Shown: one piece after another, positions 1-13,437 of the stretch
How the letters are laid out: every line of letters begins with the position of its first letter
How positions within the stretch are numbered: position 1 is the first letter of the stretch
DNA from: Balanoglossus misakiensis
Taxonomy: Eukaryota > Animalia > Hemichordata
Assembly (NCBI GenBank): GCA_040954595.2
Contig: CM082592.2
Location: forward strand, 3,798,735 to 3,862,734
DNA: 64,000 nucleotides
Direction: 5' to 3'
Made by a program: the position numbers and the translations under genes
The notes under the pieces: model-generated
What the model saw: only the letters and a program-made list of their open reading frames with translations
What the model was told of the DNA's origin: nothing
The model's database searches: none

Positions 1-12
1 ATCGCTTTACAG

Positions 13-1259
13 ACATGCGCTGTTCAGACAGCAACCCTTGCCTCAACGGCGGAACCTGTGAGAATGAAGACTGTGTCTGTCCCCCTGGTGTGAGTGGCTA
101 TCTCTGTGACACTGGTGAGATGTCTCTAAATATGTTCATGTGAAATCAACGAATTTGATGAGAGTTTTATCATCTTACTGTCGGTATTTACCATTACAGT
201 TGTGCGCACAATGCACGTAATAGGGGTAATATTGAATAGAGAAGAGGCGACCCCATAAAACTATTTTACTCCCCCTTGACCCCAAATTATAGTTTAGTCA
301 TGTGGTCCTATGCTTAACGTAGACTTCGAAACATAAGTCAAGGCATCAAAACTTTCGTCATTTTCTCAAAGAAGAGGAACGTCCACTTATTAATGAAAAT
401 AAAATTTGAAATAGGAATACCTAGGCAAACGGCGAAATATTTCGTTTAGTGCATCGTTAAATTAAAGAGACGTTATCTACGGCATACACTATGTACATGT
501 ATACATGTAATCAAGATGATGTCTGTTTGTGAAATCTCATATCTGTTCCCGTGGGTCTATCCTGTAGTGTACGCTGAATGTGGTTGTCATCCAGACATAG
601 ATTGTCCATCTGAAACCTCTTGTCCATGCTGTCTGGTTGGAGAACTGTGCGAAGCGGAAGAGGAACCAACTGAAGGTGAGCCTATCACTGGATTATTTGA
701 TTGATTGATTTACTATTTATTCATTTATTAATTTATTCATTCTCATTTTTGATTATTGTCATTATTTCATTTCGATTCAACTCATATACTGAATGTAAGA
801 CCGGTGTTGATGTCAAATGGGGTCAGTTGTCGCATGGACGTACGGCAGAGGGAACGTCCGTGGTTGTAATATTACATGCCTACATACGGCATCGCAGTAT
901 CTGCATTGTGTTAGGGGCCTTTATATAGGTTTTAGCCACAACCTATAACGAATACGTAGAATTTCCACTTCGTAACAATAGCAGTAAACAATGATCCGAT
1001 AACGTTACTGAAATCTGGATGTGCGAAATGTGTGAGTCATGAAAACTTCACCAAGAGAGGGCAAATTTTTCACTTGTCCGCCCAACTAGTGAAACATATA
1101 GTACGCAAACACGAAAATTTATAAATTACGTAATTATTAATCATCTCTTTTCATTTTATTTCATTTACAGATGGCGGCAGCAGCAGTGCGGCGTTTACAT
1201 TTTCGTCAAAACTTGGACTCCTGTTGACGATAACGCTTGGAATTTGCATGAAGTACTAG
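13..1259 (+). CDS. EGF-repeat, putatively GPI-anchored surface protein, paralog 1 (5' part lies outside the window; last 3 exons)
   Basis: Phase-1 exons with AG/GT boundaries: 13-114 ([37 protein letters not shown]), 568-675 ([36 protein letters not shown]) and 1171-1259 (DGGSSSAAFTFSSKLGLLLTITLGICMKY*). The last exon has small residues then a hydrophobic tail, like a GPI signal. Confidence 0.85.
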
Positions 1260-3146
1260 AGAAGTCGGGTGTACTATGTTTCAATAATGAAAACTGTCTA
1301 GCCAAACCATTATTTTTGTACGTGCAGGCAAAGGAGAGTTTCTTAATCTCGAACATATCTAAGTATATCTATATCTCTAAAGGGGGATGTGCGATCCCAT
1401 AATAGACATATTCATATTGTCAAAAAAGAGCAACGTGTAATTGTTGCAATTGAAGGTGAATCATTGCAAACTAAGCGTTTATTCCTTTATTTCACATTGT
1501 GCATCATCTCAATGTCTCGACACTTTTTATCAAAATCCCAGGTTACTTTGATATACATGTACCATGCATTACATCTCGGGTATATAGGGCCATGGGAAAC
1601 ACAACTAATAAAGGGTTTGTAAACCCCTCTTCATAAATTCTGAACTTGGCTAATGTCAAACCAAGTTCAATTGATATGAAGAGCCCATGTTTACCTCTGT
1701 TGTTCCACATTATGTCTGATATTGGAGAATATACGGCCCCCTAATAAAAACATAGTACAATGTAATTGTTTTATGACTATAATAAAAATTCCATGTTTAT
1801 TTCAAGTCAGTAATAACATATTTTTTTTATTAAAAGCATGAAATAAAATCTACAAGTATGAAAGGAAAAATATACTAATTAAAGTCGCCGTAGTGATACG
1901 AAGGGAAAAGGAAGAACATGTTCAGAAGTCTGTCTCTTTCTGATATGATCCCCACGCGTCAGAAATTGTCACCTGAGAACGAATGTGACATAACAATTAT
2001 GTAATAGATCAACCATGAACTGGAATGTACCATTTTTCTCAGGGTTGTGCATTAAAAATGATAAAGCGGTGGACAACGCTCAATCTTGGTGGTTGGTAAA
2101 CGTTGGGGTCATGAGCGAGTATAGTTTTTTATTCGTTATATTTTTTTCTATATCTCTTCAAGTTTTGAGGTGTATTTTTTCCGTACAGGTGATATTGCTC
2201 AGCGCATCATCATATTTTTGTCTCATATCCCCCCTTGTCATTAATTGTGGATTCGGGTGCAACGGTTGTCAGTTCAGATACCCTCTATACTCACAGTCCA
2301 TGTCATGGTATGAGCTGGTTGTATAAGTACTGATGCGCCCTCGACGGTTGAGGAAAGAAAGACGACACATGAACTTAGTTCGATTGTGACCCGAGCATCG
2401 ACCCGGGAGATACTAGTATACAGTGTATGCTTACAGCATTCGATTCTCTAAACTAGACTTTGCTGAGTTTTAACTGTTTCCCGCATTTGATGATAATCTC
2501 TACGGCCCTGATAAAATATTTGGCGACAAAATGCATATCATACACAACATTGAGTAGTAAAATATGATTTAAACTACATGTACATTTCCTGAAGTATTAT
2601 AATATAAAACGCAGAGTAAAATGAGTTGTAATGTCGCTAAGTCGGTTATTGAAAAAGTCTTATCCTACCGATTGTTATTCACAATTTAGTGACGCCATAT
2701 TTTTTATCCTAGAGAACATGTTTAAAACCTAAAGAACCTCGTAAGCTACCTGTAAAATATGTAAATTAACAGCTCTAGAAGTACAAAAAATATCGAAACA
2801 AATCAGTTGAAGGGAGCTTTTCTCCAGTGTTAGGTTAGTTTGGGGGTGGATGGGCTGGTCGTTATATTTTGTGTTGTTCGTGTTATTGAAACTAGAGCAA
2901 ATTGTCGATATAATGCCTAAACGTGAATAATCACTCATGCATGCATACAAGAGAGTGCGCGTGCGTTATCATACTTAGCGTGACCATGCATGTGGTGGCG
3001 CACTATATGTCGCGTGACTAGTCAGTTTCCCAAGGCAATTGTGGCTAATTAAATTTTGCATTGGGGACCGTATACGTTAAACAAATACTAGAATTACTGT
3101 AAAGAGAGAAGAGCCATTTGGCATTAAACGTAGTTAAGCAAGTCTC

Positions 3147-6100
3147 TTAATTGAGATACATTGCAAATGCTGTCATAATGAGAGCTCCTAGGCCTGTTAA
3201 CTTAGTAGACAGTGTATTAGCTGCACCGTCATCTGTAGGAAAGAGAACAGAGATTTTGTGGTAATCTTCAACGTTTGGAAACACGTTACAATGAATAGAA
3301 AACTCTGATGAAATCACATGATAGCCATACAAATAAATGCACGCAGTTTAGCGAGTACAACTGACTGTGCCTCCACTGCCATTTTGAGCAGGTGGTTTTC
3401 TTTGTATCGGTCGGACGCAGTGGCTAGGAATAACGTTTGTCACCAATTGATATGTAGAAATATTGCGACAGAACGATCTTTCATAAATATTTTAGGTACT
3501 ATTTTCCAGGTTACTTTCAAGTAAAAGTCAGGAACATCACTAATGTGTTTTTGCCTTACCCATAGGAAGGTACTCTCACAGTTGTGTAGTGTTAACCACC
3601 CCGACAACATTGCTGTAAACAAATACGGATTTCTAAGATCCGAAGGAGGACCGCGTGTGACTGTGAGTGGAGAATGTGTAATCATCTTACCTGTTGTTTC
3701 CTTTTCAGCTTCGCACAGTTCTCCAACCACACAACATGGACAAGAGGTTTCAGATAGACATTCTATGTCTGGATGACAACCACATTCAACATACACTGCA
3801 GGATAGGCACACAGGAACAGATATGAGATTTCACAAACAGGCATCAACTTGATTACGTGTATAGTTAGTGTGTGCCAAGGATAGTGTCTCTTTAATACAA
3901 TGACGCAATTATAGAAAACTATAGGGGCTACACGAAGAGTGCACGACAAAATATTTCGTCCGTTTGACTGGGTATTTCTTCACATAAAAATGGTATTTGT
4001 CATAAATGAATAGATGTCTCCCTTCTTGGAGGAGCGGGGGGGGGGGGGGCGATATTATTGATACTCTTGATGCCTGACTTGTGTTTTGAAGTATGCGTCG
4101 AGCATAAGACCAAATGACTAAAGTATAATTGAGGGTCAAGCGTCAGTATAATAGTTTAATGGGTCGCCTCATATCCAATGGGCGCACAACTGTAATGATA
4201 AATACCGACCATATGATGATAAAACTCTCATCAAATTCGAAACTCTCGTCAAGTTAAATTACACATGAACATATTCAGAGACATCTCACCTATGTCACAG
4301 AAGTAGCCACTCGCACCATATGGACAATCACAGGTGTCATTCCTACAGGTTCCGCCGTTGAGGCACGGGTTGCTGTCTGAACAGCGCAAGTCTGTAAAGC
4401 GATATCACAAAATTGAGTGGGGAGCGCCCACTTTAGGTAAAACATTCACATCATAGCTTTCAGTGAAACACTCAATTTTCACATTTATAAATGGTATCTG
4501 GGGATGCAAAGATGCTATAACTGGTGATGTTGAAACTCTAATCGAGTGCAAAGGGGGTTATGTTGATATTGTAAGTATACGAGAACTACAGCAAAGAAAT
4601 ATATTTTTGCAAACGTGACACAGCCAAATGTCCGGCCACGTATAAATGTTGTTTTCGTTGTCAAATCCTCACCCACTTCGCAAAGCCAGCCATCAAATCC
4701 AGTTGGACAATCACAGTAGTTGGAAGATGGGTCATTTTCAATGTTACACAGGCCTTCATTCTGACAATCTATTTCATCGCTGCACCGTATCCAGTCCTCT
4801 GTGATCTGATCGAAAGAAACTAAAACACTCTGTGTGAGACATCCTGAATTGATAATACTCTCCCATATTTAACATGTAGCCCATAATATTTCCCCTTCCT
4901 TGCATCCATTTAGCGGGTATGATGTCACCTGACAATGACCATGACGAATTCGTCCTATATCGCTGTAATTACACTGGCCAGTGCTGCACTAGGGTATTCA
5001 TCATAACTCTGATATTGTTGACGCGTTTGTTATGTATATAGTTGCTTGGAATAAATAGACAACATCCAATGTAACGTGATCGGGAGTTAAAATATTTTAC
5101 TTTTGTAATACACAGTAATTAACCGCTCCCTAGCAATAATGGCAAAACTAACCCTCATGACAATACTGTCCGTAATATCCATCGGGACAAGCGCAGTAAT
5201 TGTATTCGGGATCATCGGGAAAGACTTGACAGGTGCCTCCATTTAAACAGCCATGACCACAGTCGCCCAAGTGCGCAGTGTCATTAAAAGAACAATCGGC
5301 GTAACCTAGGAGAAATATGAGACGTTAATAGCGTCGAATTATTTTCCGTAATAAGCAAATATACACATGGTAATTTCTCAAAGGCAAGTTTACGTATATG
5401 TATACAAACAGCGCTATAAAAACGAAGTAAACAAGAAAGTGCGTGTTCATGTATATGTGTGTGTGGGGGGGGGGGGGGACTTAGTTTTAATGCAAGGTTT
5501 TTGGTAGGATATCTTTGTCGTCTCGCCTGCAGTGAAATTAATATTTTCTGTAAACTAGATTTAACATTGCTTCACATTGTGATAAAACATGCAATTTTAT
5601 ATTTAAACATATATTTTTTTTTACTTTTAGGTTAGCTCTAATATATTCATGTGGATGATGAAGCTTCGAATCATTTTAGCAAGTCTGCAATTGTGCGAGG
5701 CCAGGTTTCATACTTGAATCTAATTCCATGAACAAGCTTTGCGCGTAGCTCGTCTCTCGCGCATGCGCGTAACTTCCCAGCAAATTTTCCGTTCGATGCA
5801 TTCAAATAGTGGACTGCCTTCGCTTCCTTCCATATTTCATGCGCACCGTATAAGCAGATTCTGGTTTTGTCCCTCCTTTTCACCCAAGCTTGTGTCTTTT
5901 CCCGATCTCCGACACAGATTATGGTCGCCGCCATCTTCTCAGTTGTTAGGACAGAGCACAGCCTTATGGGATTGACTGTTCACTAAACGTCTGTAACCAG
6001 CGGCTACAGCTGGAACATGCGTGTGAGACGAGCTACGCGATTTAAAGGGACAAAGTCTCTCTCTCACTCGCTGCCCCTTTCCCATTAATGATGTTTGATA

Positions 6101-6481
6101 CAAGACACTATTTATGTTATTCTACATGTGGATTTATACAGTGAAACAACATTTAACCACACACAACTTCCATCCTGTTTGTAGGATACGAGAGTAAAAA
6201 TCTCGCCAAAATGAATAAAGGGCAGAGACCGTATTTGTGGAACTTGTGGTCCGATGTGTATGTATGGATCAATTGTACAATGAAAATATCGCAATGAGTA
6301 ATTACTGGCATAAAACGTCATACTTAATGCTTTCCAATCCCCACGTTCATTCTGATAATAAAAAACACAGATACTGGAGAATGTATGCTCTAATAATTCT
6401 CAAATTGTACTCACCCGGAAGCCGTGCCATAACCATAGTTGCCATGCCTACCAACATGCAGACTTTAGCGTAGATAAACAT
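3147..6481 (-). CDS. EGF-repeat, putatively GPI-anchored surface protein, paralog 2 (~212 aa, 6 exons)
   Basis: Exons: 6415-6481 (signal peptide [22 protein letters not shown]), 5153-5305 (EGF1), 4673-4798 (EGF2), 4290-4391 (EGF3), 3691-3795 (Cys-rich module) and 3147-3232 ([28 protein letters not shown]). All introns are phase 1 and GT-AG, and the frame stays open. Confidence 0.9.
5742..6040. mobile_element. Small inverted-repeat-bounded (MITE-like) segment in intron 1 of paralog 2
   Basis: GCGTAGCTCGTCTCTCGCGCATG (~5743) is inverted with CATGCGTGTGAGACGAGCTACGC (~6016-6038). I did not see it in the equivalent intron of paralog 3. Confidence 0.5.
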
Positions 6482-6671
6482 CTTGTCAGACGTGTGTGTT
6501 TCACTTATACTACTGCGCTGCACTCGGATTTGCAAATGACCAATTCACTGGTGACGCCGTTCCTTTAACTGTGTACTGTAAAATGTGTGCTCAGCATGAG
6601 CACGAAGAATAAGTAATGCAGTCTGTATAATGCACTGTTCAGGTTCATGCCTGCCCTCAATAAAACATTAA

Positions 6672-7176
6672 AGGCACGTAAGCTGCAACTGGATAAAAAA
6701 TTAAAGTTTTAAATAATCTCATATATGCTTTTTATTATATCTATTAAATGCTATTTCATGATAATATATCAAGCTCAACACTTATTTATGACAAAATGGC
6801 CAAAAATTAAAGAAAAACGAAAATTCCTGCAATTTTAAAAAAAAGTGCAATATTGCAATGAAAAATGAAAATCTGATGTCTCAGTGGTGTACATTTACTT
6901 CCATGAGCTCAAGTGGATGAGATCATGTTTTGTTTATGAAGTTTCACAACCGGAAATGCGACATGTTCATTGTTTCTTTCATTTTCCCACGGTGGCGGCC
7001 ATAATCGCTTGCGGCAAAGCTTTATTATTTATCTGGTTAAAACTTGCATATGCACTCGTATTTAGGGTTTATAATGCTTGTGTATAGTTCACTGCCTTCA
7101 TCTGCATGGACTAATGGTAGTGCAGTTTGAAACAAAAATTATGAAAATTATCCCAAAAGTTACAGCTTACGTGCCT
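6672..7176. mobile_element. Non-autonomous DNA transposon, Kolobok-like (TTAA TSD)
   Basis: TTAA|AGGCACGTAAGCTGCAACT ... AGTTACAGCTTACGTGCCT|TTAA. The paralogous site at ~14801-14820 (taaaacatttaggacaacc) is empty. Confidence 0.85.
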
Positions 7177-7254
7177 TTAAGGACAACCGGGGACTCGAAT
7201 AACTTACAAATGAAGCGTACGTAAAACAAGATAAATGTTTCACCAAGAACAAAG

Positions 7255-9130
7255 CATCGCTTTCTTATAGCCTGCCTTGTCTGTCTGTCCGAGCTACAAG
7301 ATGCGACGTTGTTTTTACGAATGAACTTTAGCCCTCTTTGTAATGAATAATGATTAATGTAAAGACTACTTTTGAGTTTTCCTCGCTCGTGCTGACCGCA
7401 GATTTCGAGTGCAAGTGGACCGCGTTTTGAACAATTGATAGACATATTGGTGCACGTGTGATCTTTGACATTTTATGCCTCTTTGTATGTTATGCCTACA
7501 TTGTAGACGTGATGGATTCGACGGGTGTCACAATTCTTTGTTATTACCAAGCCCCACGTTAAGATTGATGATCTCGCTCTTTTGTGTCTGCGTTCACTTG
7601 TCTTCTGTGGCTTGAGCCGCCTTTGTTCGTTTAGAGCTTTGTATACGTGAGCCATTTTGTTTCATAGAAGTAACTTTCGACCCCTTCCCTGTATGTTTGT
7701 ACTCAAGTTCACGAGTGTAATGACCACAAAGAAGCTTTCGGGGAATCATAGTCGACAACCTATAACATCTTCAAAGAACCTGCAGACAATGGTCATAGTC
7801 CATGCAGTGTTCGGTTGCGTTGCCCTTTTCAAAATAAGTGTAAATAATGAAAGAAATGTTGTGAAGAGATGTCATAATTAGCTTTCATTTACTGACATTC
7901 TTCGAAATTAATGAACTAATTAATTAATTAATTGCGGTAAGTAAGGGATTTCTATGAATTGCTACGATGCATGTAATCTCTGATGGATCATAATTTCCCA
8001 GTCGATAATTCAGTAAAACATTACCAGATGTGATTCGGTCCATTTTTTGCGGGGGGGGGGGGGTGCATCAGTTCCAACAATCTCAATGAAGCGAAACTGG
8101 AAGTACCTGGTGATAATTTAATGCGTTCGTCATAAAATCTTATCAAAAGCATTTTTAGTACAAAAACGCTGAAAGTTTCCGATTAATACAGCATGTCGCA
8201 TTCGAGGTCAACAATTTTAAATACTCAGAGGCAAACTTTATGATTGCCCCGAGAAACTGACAGAAATTCATTCGCGAAATTGCGCATGCGCATTTGTACG
8301 ATAGCAACAACGCCAAACAAACGTAACCATGTCGACGCACTTATGTATTGCGTTGGTTTCCAAACTTAATGTGAAGTTGGAAATTAGACAAAATTATGCG
8401 TTCCATGTAGCTCCGTGTGTAATTGTGAAATGCAGTCGCTTTCATCAGAACAAATTGAAGACACAATAAATATTTATTAATAAGGAACAGATTCTCCAAA
8501 CCTTGCAACTTTCTTGTCGCTGTGGCCGCTTGCGCTGATATATTTAGCCTACTACTTATAAGTACGTAAAACGAAAGTGGAAGTTTTCACTAAATTAAAC
8601 AGGCGAAAATCACCCCAATGCAAGCCCTATTCTAGCATTAATTATACCTAAATGAAATTTTCACGCATGAATGCATTGACAAAGTGTAAACCGTGACAAG
8701 AACTTGGTAAAGTAATAAACCGAGGCATTACCTGGTAGGACCGCACAAATCGGACGCTCGTTAAAAGTGTAAGTAAACCCGAGCCTTCTGGAACCTTTGC
8801 CCCCTAACAGGTAGCTTGCGCATGCCCGACTTTTGTTTACTTGATTCGAAATTGAATTCTCATATCATGTAAATATGAGGCTGATGACCTGATCAAACTG
8901 CGCTAAATCTGAAGTTGGTGAGATCTCTTTGCATAGTTATGTTATAAATTCAAATATGCACATACAGTAGATTAAAAATCATAGACTAAATCAGCTTGAT
9001 TCGACACTCTCACAACAAACTCGCCGTCCGGGAACGTACCCTGTTAAGCTTATTGAGTGTGCACCCTCAACGTTCAGGGCTGTGAGGGAGTCTGGGTGTC
9101 TACGTGATAAAATGTGTGATGTTTACAGTT
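7255..9130. repeat. ~1.9-kb non-coding block, inverted duplicate of ~15690-17630
   Basis: Many collinear reverse-complement matches. Examples: ggtagcttgcgcatgcccgac (8810-8830) vs gtcgggcatgcgcaagctacc (16012-16032); tgcagtgttcggttgcgttgcccttttc (~7803) vs gaaaagggcaacgcaaccgaacactgca (~17070). Confidence 0.85.
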
Positions 9131-9244
9131 TCGAAGTCACGTGTTTGTCTTTTTCTTCTCGAACTGTCAATTATTACAATTCAACGCAAAACCCTGCATA
9201 TAAGCGTGGCATGCAAATATTTCTACGACGTATAGTTGTCGAAT

Positions 9245-9812
9245 GAACGTACGGCAGAGAGAACGTCCGTGGTTGTAATGTTGCAAGCCTAGACTTTGAA
9301 CGGCACTGCAGTATCTACAGTGTGCACGGGGTCTTATAGCCACAACCAATAACCAATACATAGAATTTCCACCTCGTAACGAAAACTTCACTAAAAGGGG
9401 TCAAAAACGAATACATGTGTCAATTTTCACTTGTCCGCCCAACTAATGAAAACTGTCTAGTCCAACCATTATTGTTTGTACATTCAGGCAAAGAAGAGTT
9501 CACAACTTCAAACATATCTAAATATCTTTAAGGGGCAGGCTGTCGTCCCATTTGCGGCTGTGCGTATGATCTCATAATATCATATTCATGATGTCAAAAA
9601 GGAGCAACGTGTAATTGTTACAATTGAAGGTACATCATTGCAAACAAAGTGTTTATTTCTTTCTTTCACATTGTGCTTCATCTCAATGTGTCGACACTTT
9701 TTATCAAAATCCCAAGTTACTTTGATATGCATGTACCATGTATTACACTCCGGGTATAAGGCTGTAGGAAATAAAACTAACAAAGGGGTTAGTACACCCT
9801 CTTACATTAACT
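9245..9812 (+). pseudogene. Remnant of a paralog-1-type gene: last intron plus 3' region, terminal exon deleted
   Basis: Collinear with ~836-1090 and ~1285-1640. The segment carrying exon 1171-1259 is missing at the junction ccaactaatgaaaactgtctag (~9439-9460). Confidence 0.7.
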
Positions 9813-10181
9813 TCGTACATAACGTTAACCCCTTAATATCACTTAGGGCTGTACCCCAAATCTCGCGTAGAATAAGATTGGACATTTGAGACACTGTAAT
9901 TCACTCATATTAGTAGATACTGACATATTTTCAATAAAATTAAATACATCACATACAGGTGTGTTATATATGTGGAGGCTACACGGTTCCGTATATTGTA
10001 CACCCACTACGCCATTTGTCAGATGGTATATCAAATCTCCGACGCATCACGTAAATGCTCGGTTAGAAAATTGACGTGTCATGTCTCCAAGAGTTTGGGT
10101 TTGCTATGGATTAACTGACGATTTAGCAACTGTGGCTAAAATTTGCATTGGTGACTGTATACGTTATAAACATACTAAATT

Positions 10182-10592
10182 GATGTACGCGCAGAACATA
10201 AACCGGAAACAGTGCGCGCCCGGTCTTTTTCCCATAGGATTACATTGATAATCGCCAGAAAACAAACTTCTACTATTTTCATTTTCACGAAATTTTACAC
10301 ATAGCTCAGTCCAGCAAATATAAATGCATTGGTCAAATAAAATATAGAGGTCACGGCGCTCTATTTTGAGATAAACTGCATTAAAAATTTTGCCCATAGA
10401 CAAACCATTGGTGAAAAATGCTGAGTCAGCAGATTTCTTCTATTATCGACCAAATTCATGGCTCTGTTTTTTAAAACAAGCGCGGTGACCCCTATATTTT
10501 ATTACGGGTTTTCATTATACATACAAAGGAGAATAAAAAATCCGCAATTAAAAAAAATGACAATACTTTCTATTTTACTGAACGTACATCCT
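10182..10592. mobile_element. ~410-bp MITE-like insertion; partial second copy at ~14920-15128
   Basis: It interrupts sequence that is contiguous in the paralogous region at 3040-3120. The ends are short inverted sequences, GATGTACG...CGTACATC. The right half recurs at ~14920-15128. Confidence 0.6.
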
Positions 10593-10640
10593 TAAGAGAG
10601 AAGAACCATTTGAAAGTAAAGGTAGAAGTATATATGTCTC

Positions 10641-13202
10641 TCAGTTCAGATACATTGCAAACATTGTCATAATGAGAGTTCCTAAGCCTGTTAACTTAGT
10701 AGACAGTGTACTAGCTGCATTCCCATTCCCATCGCCATCGCCATCGCCATCGCCATCGCCATCGCCACCGTCATCGCCACCGTTATCGCCACCGTCATCT
10801 GTGTCATCTGGTAAGAGAACAGAGATTTTGTGCCGGGTAATTTATGTTTGAAAACACGCTACGATGAATAGACAGTACATGAAACACTGTTACAGAAAAA
10901 AATAATCGCAGAGTTGTAATACTTCGTTTTTAGATGGGTCTTGAAAACGCTGATGAAGTCACATGATAGTCATAAAAACAAGCGCACGTGGTTTAGAGAG
11001 TACAACAGACTACGTATTTCCACTGCCGTTTCGAGCATGTGGCCAGGTTTTCTTTGTATCGTACGCGGTGGTTGGGAACGCTGGCTGTCGCCTATTGCTA
11101 GAGATGTTGCGACAGAACGATCCTCGTTCATAAATATTTGAAGTAATAATTTTCCAGGTTACCTTCAAATAAAAGTCAGGGACCAAACTAATGTGTTATT
11201 GTTGTACATGTACCTGTAGAAAGTTACTCTCGGAGTTGTGTATTGTTTACCACTTCGACAACATTGCTGTAAACAAATACAGATTTCTAAGATCCGAAGG
11301 AGGACCGCGTGTGACTGTGAGTGGAGAATGTGTAATCATCTTACCTGTTGGTTCCTCTTCAGCTTCGCACAGTTCTCCAACCAGACAGCATGGACAAGAG
11401 GTTTCAGATGGACATTCTATGTCTGGATGACAACCACATTCAGCGTACACTACGGGACAGGCACACAGGAACAGATATGAGATTTCACAAACAGACATCA
11501 CCTTGATTACATGTATAGTCAGTGCGTGTGTGCCATGGATAGCGTCTTTTTAATTCAACGACGCGCTAAAAACTATAGCCGCTACATGGAAAGTGCACGA
11601 CGAAATATTTCCCCGTTTCATTAATAAATGGATGTTCCTCTTCTTTGGGAAAATGATGAAAGTTTTGATACCCTCGATGTCTCACTTATGTTTTGAAGTC
11701 TGCGTTGAGCATAATACCACACAACTAAAATATAATAGGGGCCAAGGGACAGTAATTATAGTTTAATGGGGGGTCGCCTCATTTTCAATGTTGTCCTTAT
11801 TTTAGTGCAATGCCATAAGATGCTACAACTCTCATCAAATACTAAACTCTCAACAAATTCGCTAGATTTCACATGAACATATTTAGAGACATCTCACCTG
11901 TGTCACAGAGATAGCCACTCACACCAGGGGGACAAACACAGTCTTCATTCTCACAGGTTCCGCCGTTGAGGCAAGGGTTGCTGTCGGAACAGCGCATGTC
12001 TGTAAAGCGATATCACAAAATTGAAATGGGGAGCACCCACTTTATGTAAAACATTTTCATTATAGCTTTCAGTAAAACTCTCAATTATCACTTTTATAAA
12101 TGGTATATGGGGATGCAAATACATGTCATAACTGGTGATGTTGAAACTAGATTCTCATGACAATTGTTGAAGGCGTCCTGATAGATGTATGCAATTTTAA
12201 ATTCCTCTGATCAAGTGCAATGGGGGTTATCTTGATAAGGTAGATATTAGAACTCACCAAAAAGAACCCTGATTCTTGTGATTAAAATGTATTTATTTTT
12301 TGCAAAAGTGACCCACCCAAGTATAACTGTTCTATTCGTTGTCAAATGCTCACCCGTTTCGCATAGCTTGCCAGTAAATCCAGTCGGACAATCACAGTAG
12401 TTGGAAGATGGGTCGCTTTCAATGTTACACTGGCCTCCATTCTGACAATCTGTTTCAGCACTGCACCGTATCACCTCTGTGTAACGGAGAGAAACAAAAA
12501 CACACTATATGTGAGACAACTTGAATTGATAATATTCTCCCATATTTAGCATGTAGCCCATAATATTTCCCTTCCTTGCATCCATTTAGCGGGGTATGAC
12601 GTCACATGACCATGACCCTGTCGAATTCGTCCTACATCGCTGTACTTACTCTGCCAGAATGAAACTCAAATGAATCATTTCACTGGCAAGTGCTGTACTA
12701 GTAAGTTTTCGGTCATGAACCTGGCCTTGTTGATGATTAATTACATGTATGTAGTTGCTTGGAATAAATAGACAACTTCCAATGTAACGTGATCGGGAGT
12801 TAAAATCTTTTACTTTTTTTGTGATATCTAGTACTTGTAAGGTGTACATTAAATCTCCCTAGCGATAATGGCAAAACCAACCTATATCACAATACTGTCC
12901 GGTAAACCCATCAGGACAAGTGCAGAAACTGTCTTCAGGAACGCCAGGAATGACTTGACAGGTGCCTCCATTTAAACAGCCATGACCGCAGTCGTCCAAG
13001 TACGTAGTCTCATTAAAGGAACACTCGGCGTTACCTAGGAGAAACATCAGACGTTAACTTCGAATTATTTTCCGTAATAAGCAAATATACAAATGGTAAT
13101 TTCTCAGAGGCGCGTTTACGTACGTGTATTTACAAACGGCGCTATGCAAATGAAGTAGAACAAGAAAATGTGTGTATATGTATGTTATATCTCTTTGACA
13201 TT

Positions 13203-13251
<49 letters not shown>

Positions 13252-13357
13252 CACACACACACACACGCACGCACGCACGCACGCACGCACGCACACGCAC
13301 GCACGCACACACACACACACACGCACGCACGTACGCACACACACACACGCATGCACG

Positions 13358-13437
<80 letters not shown>

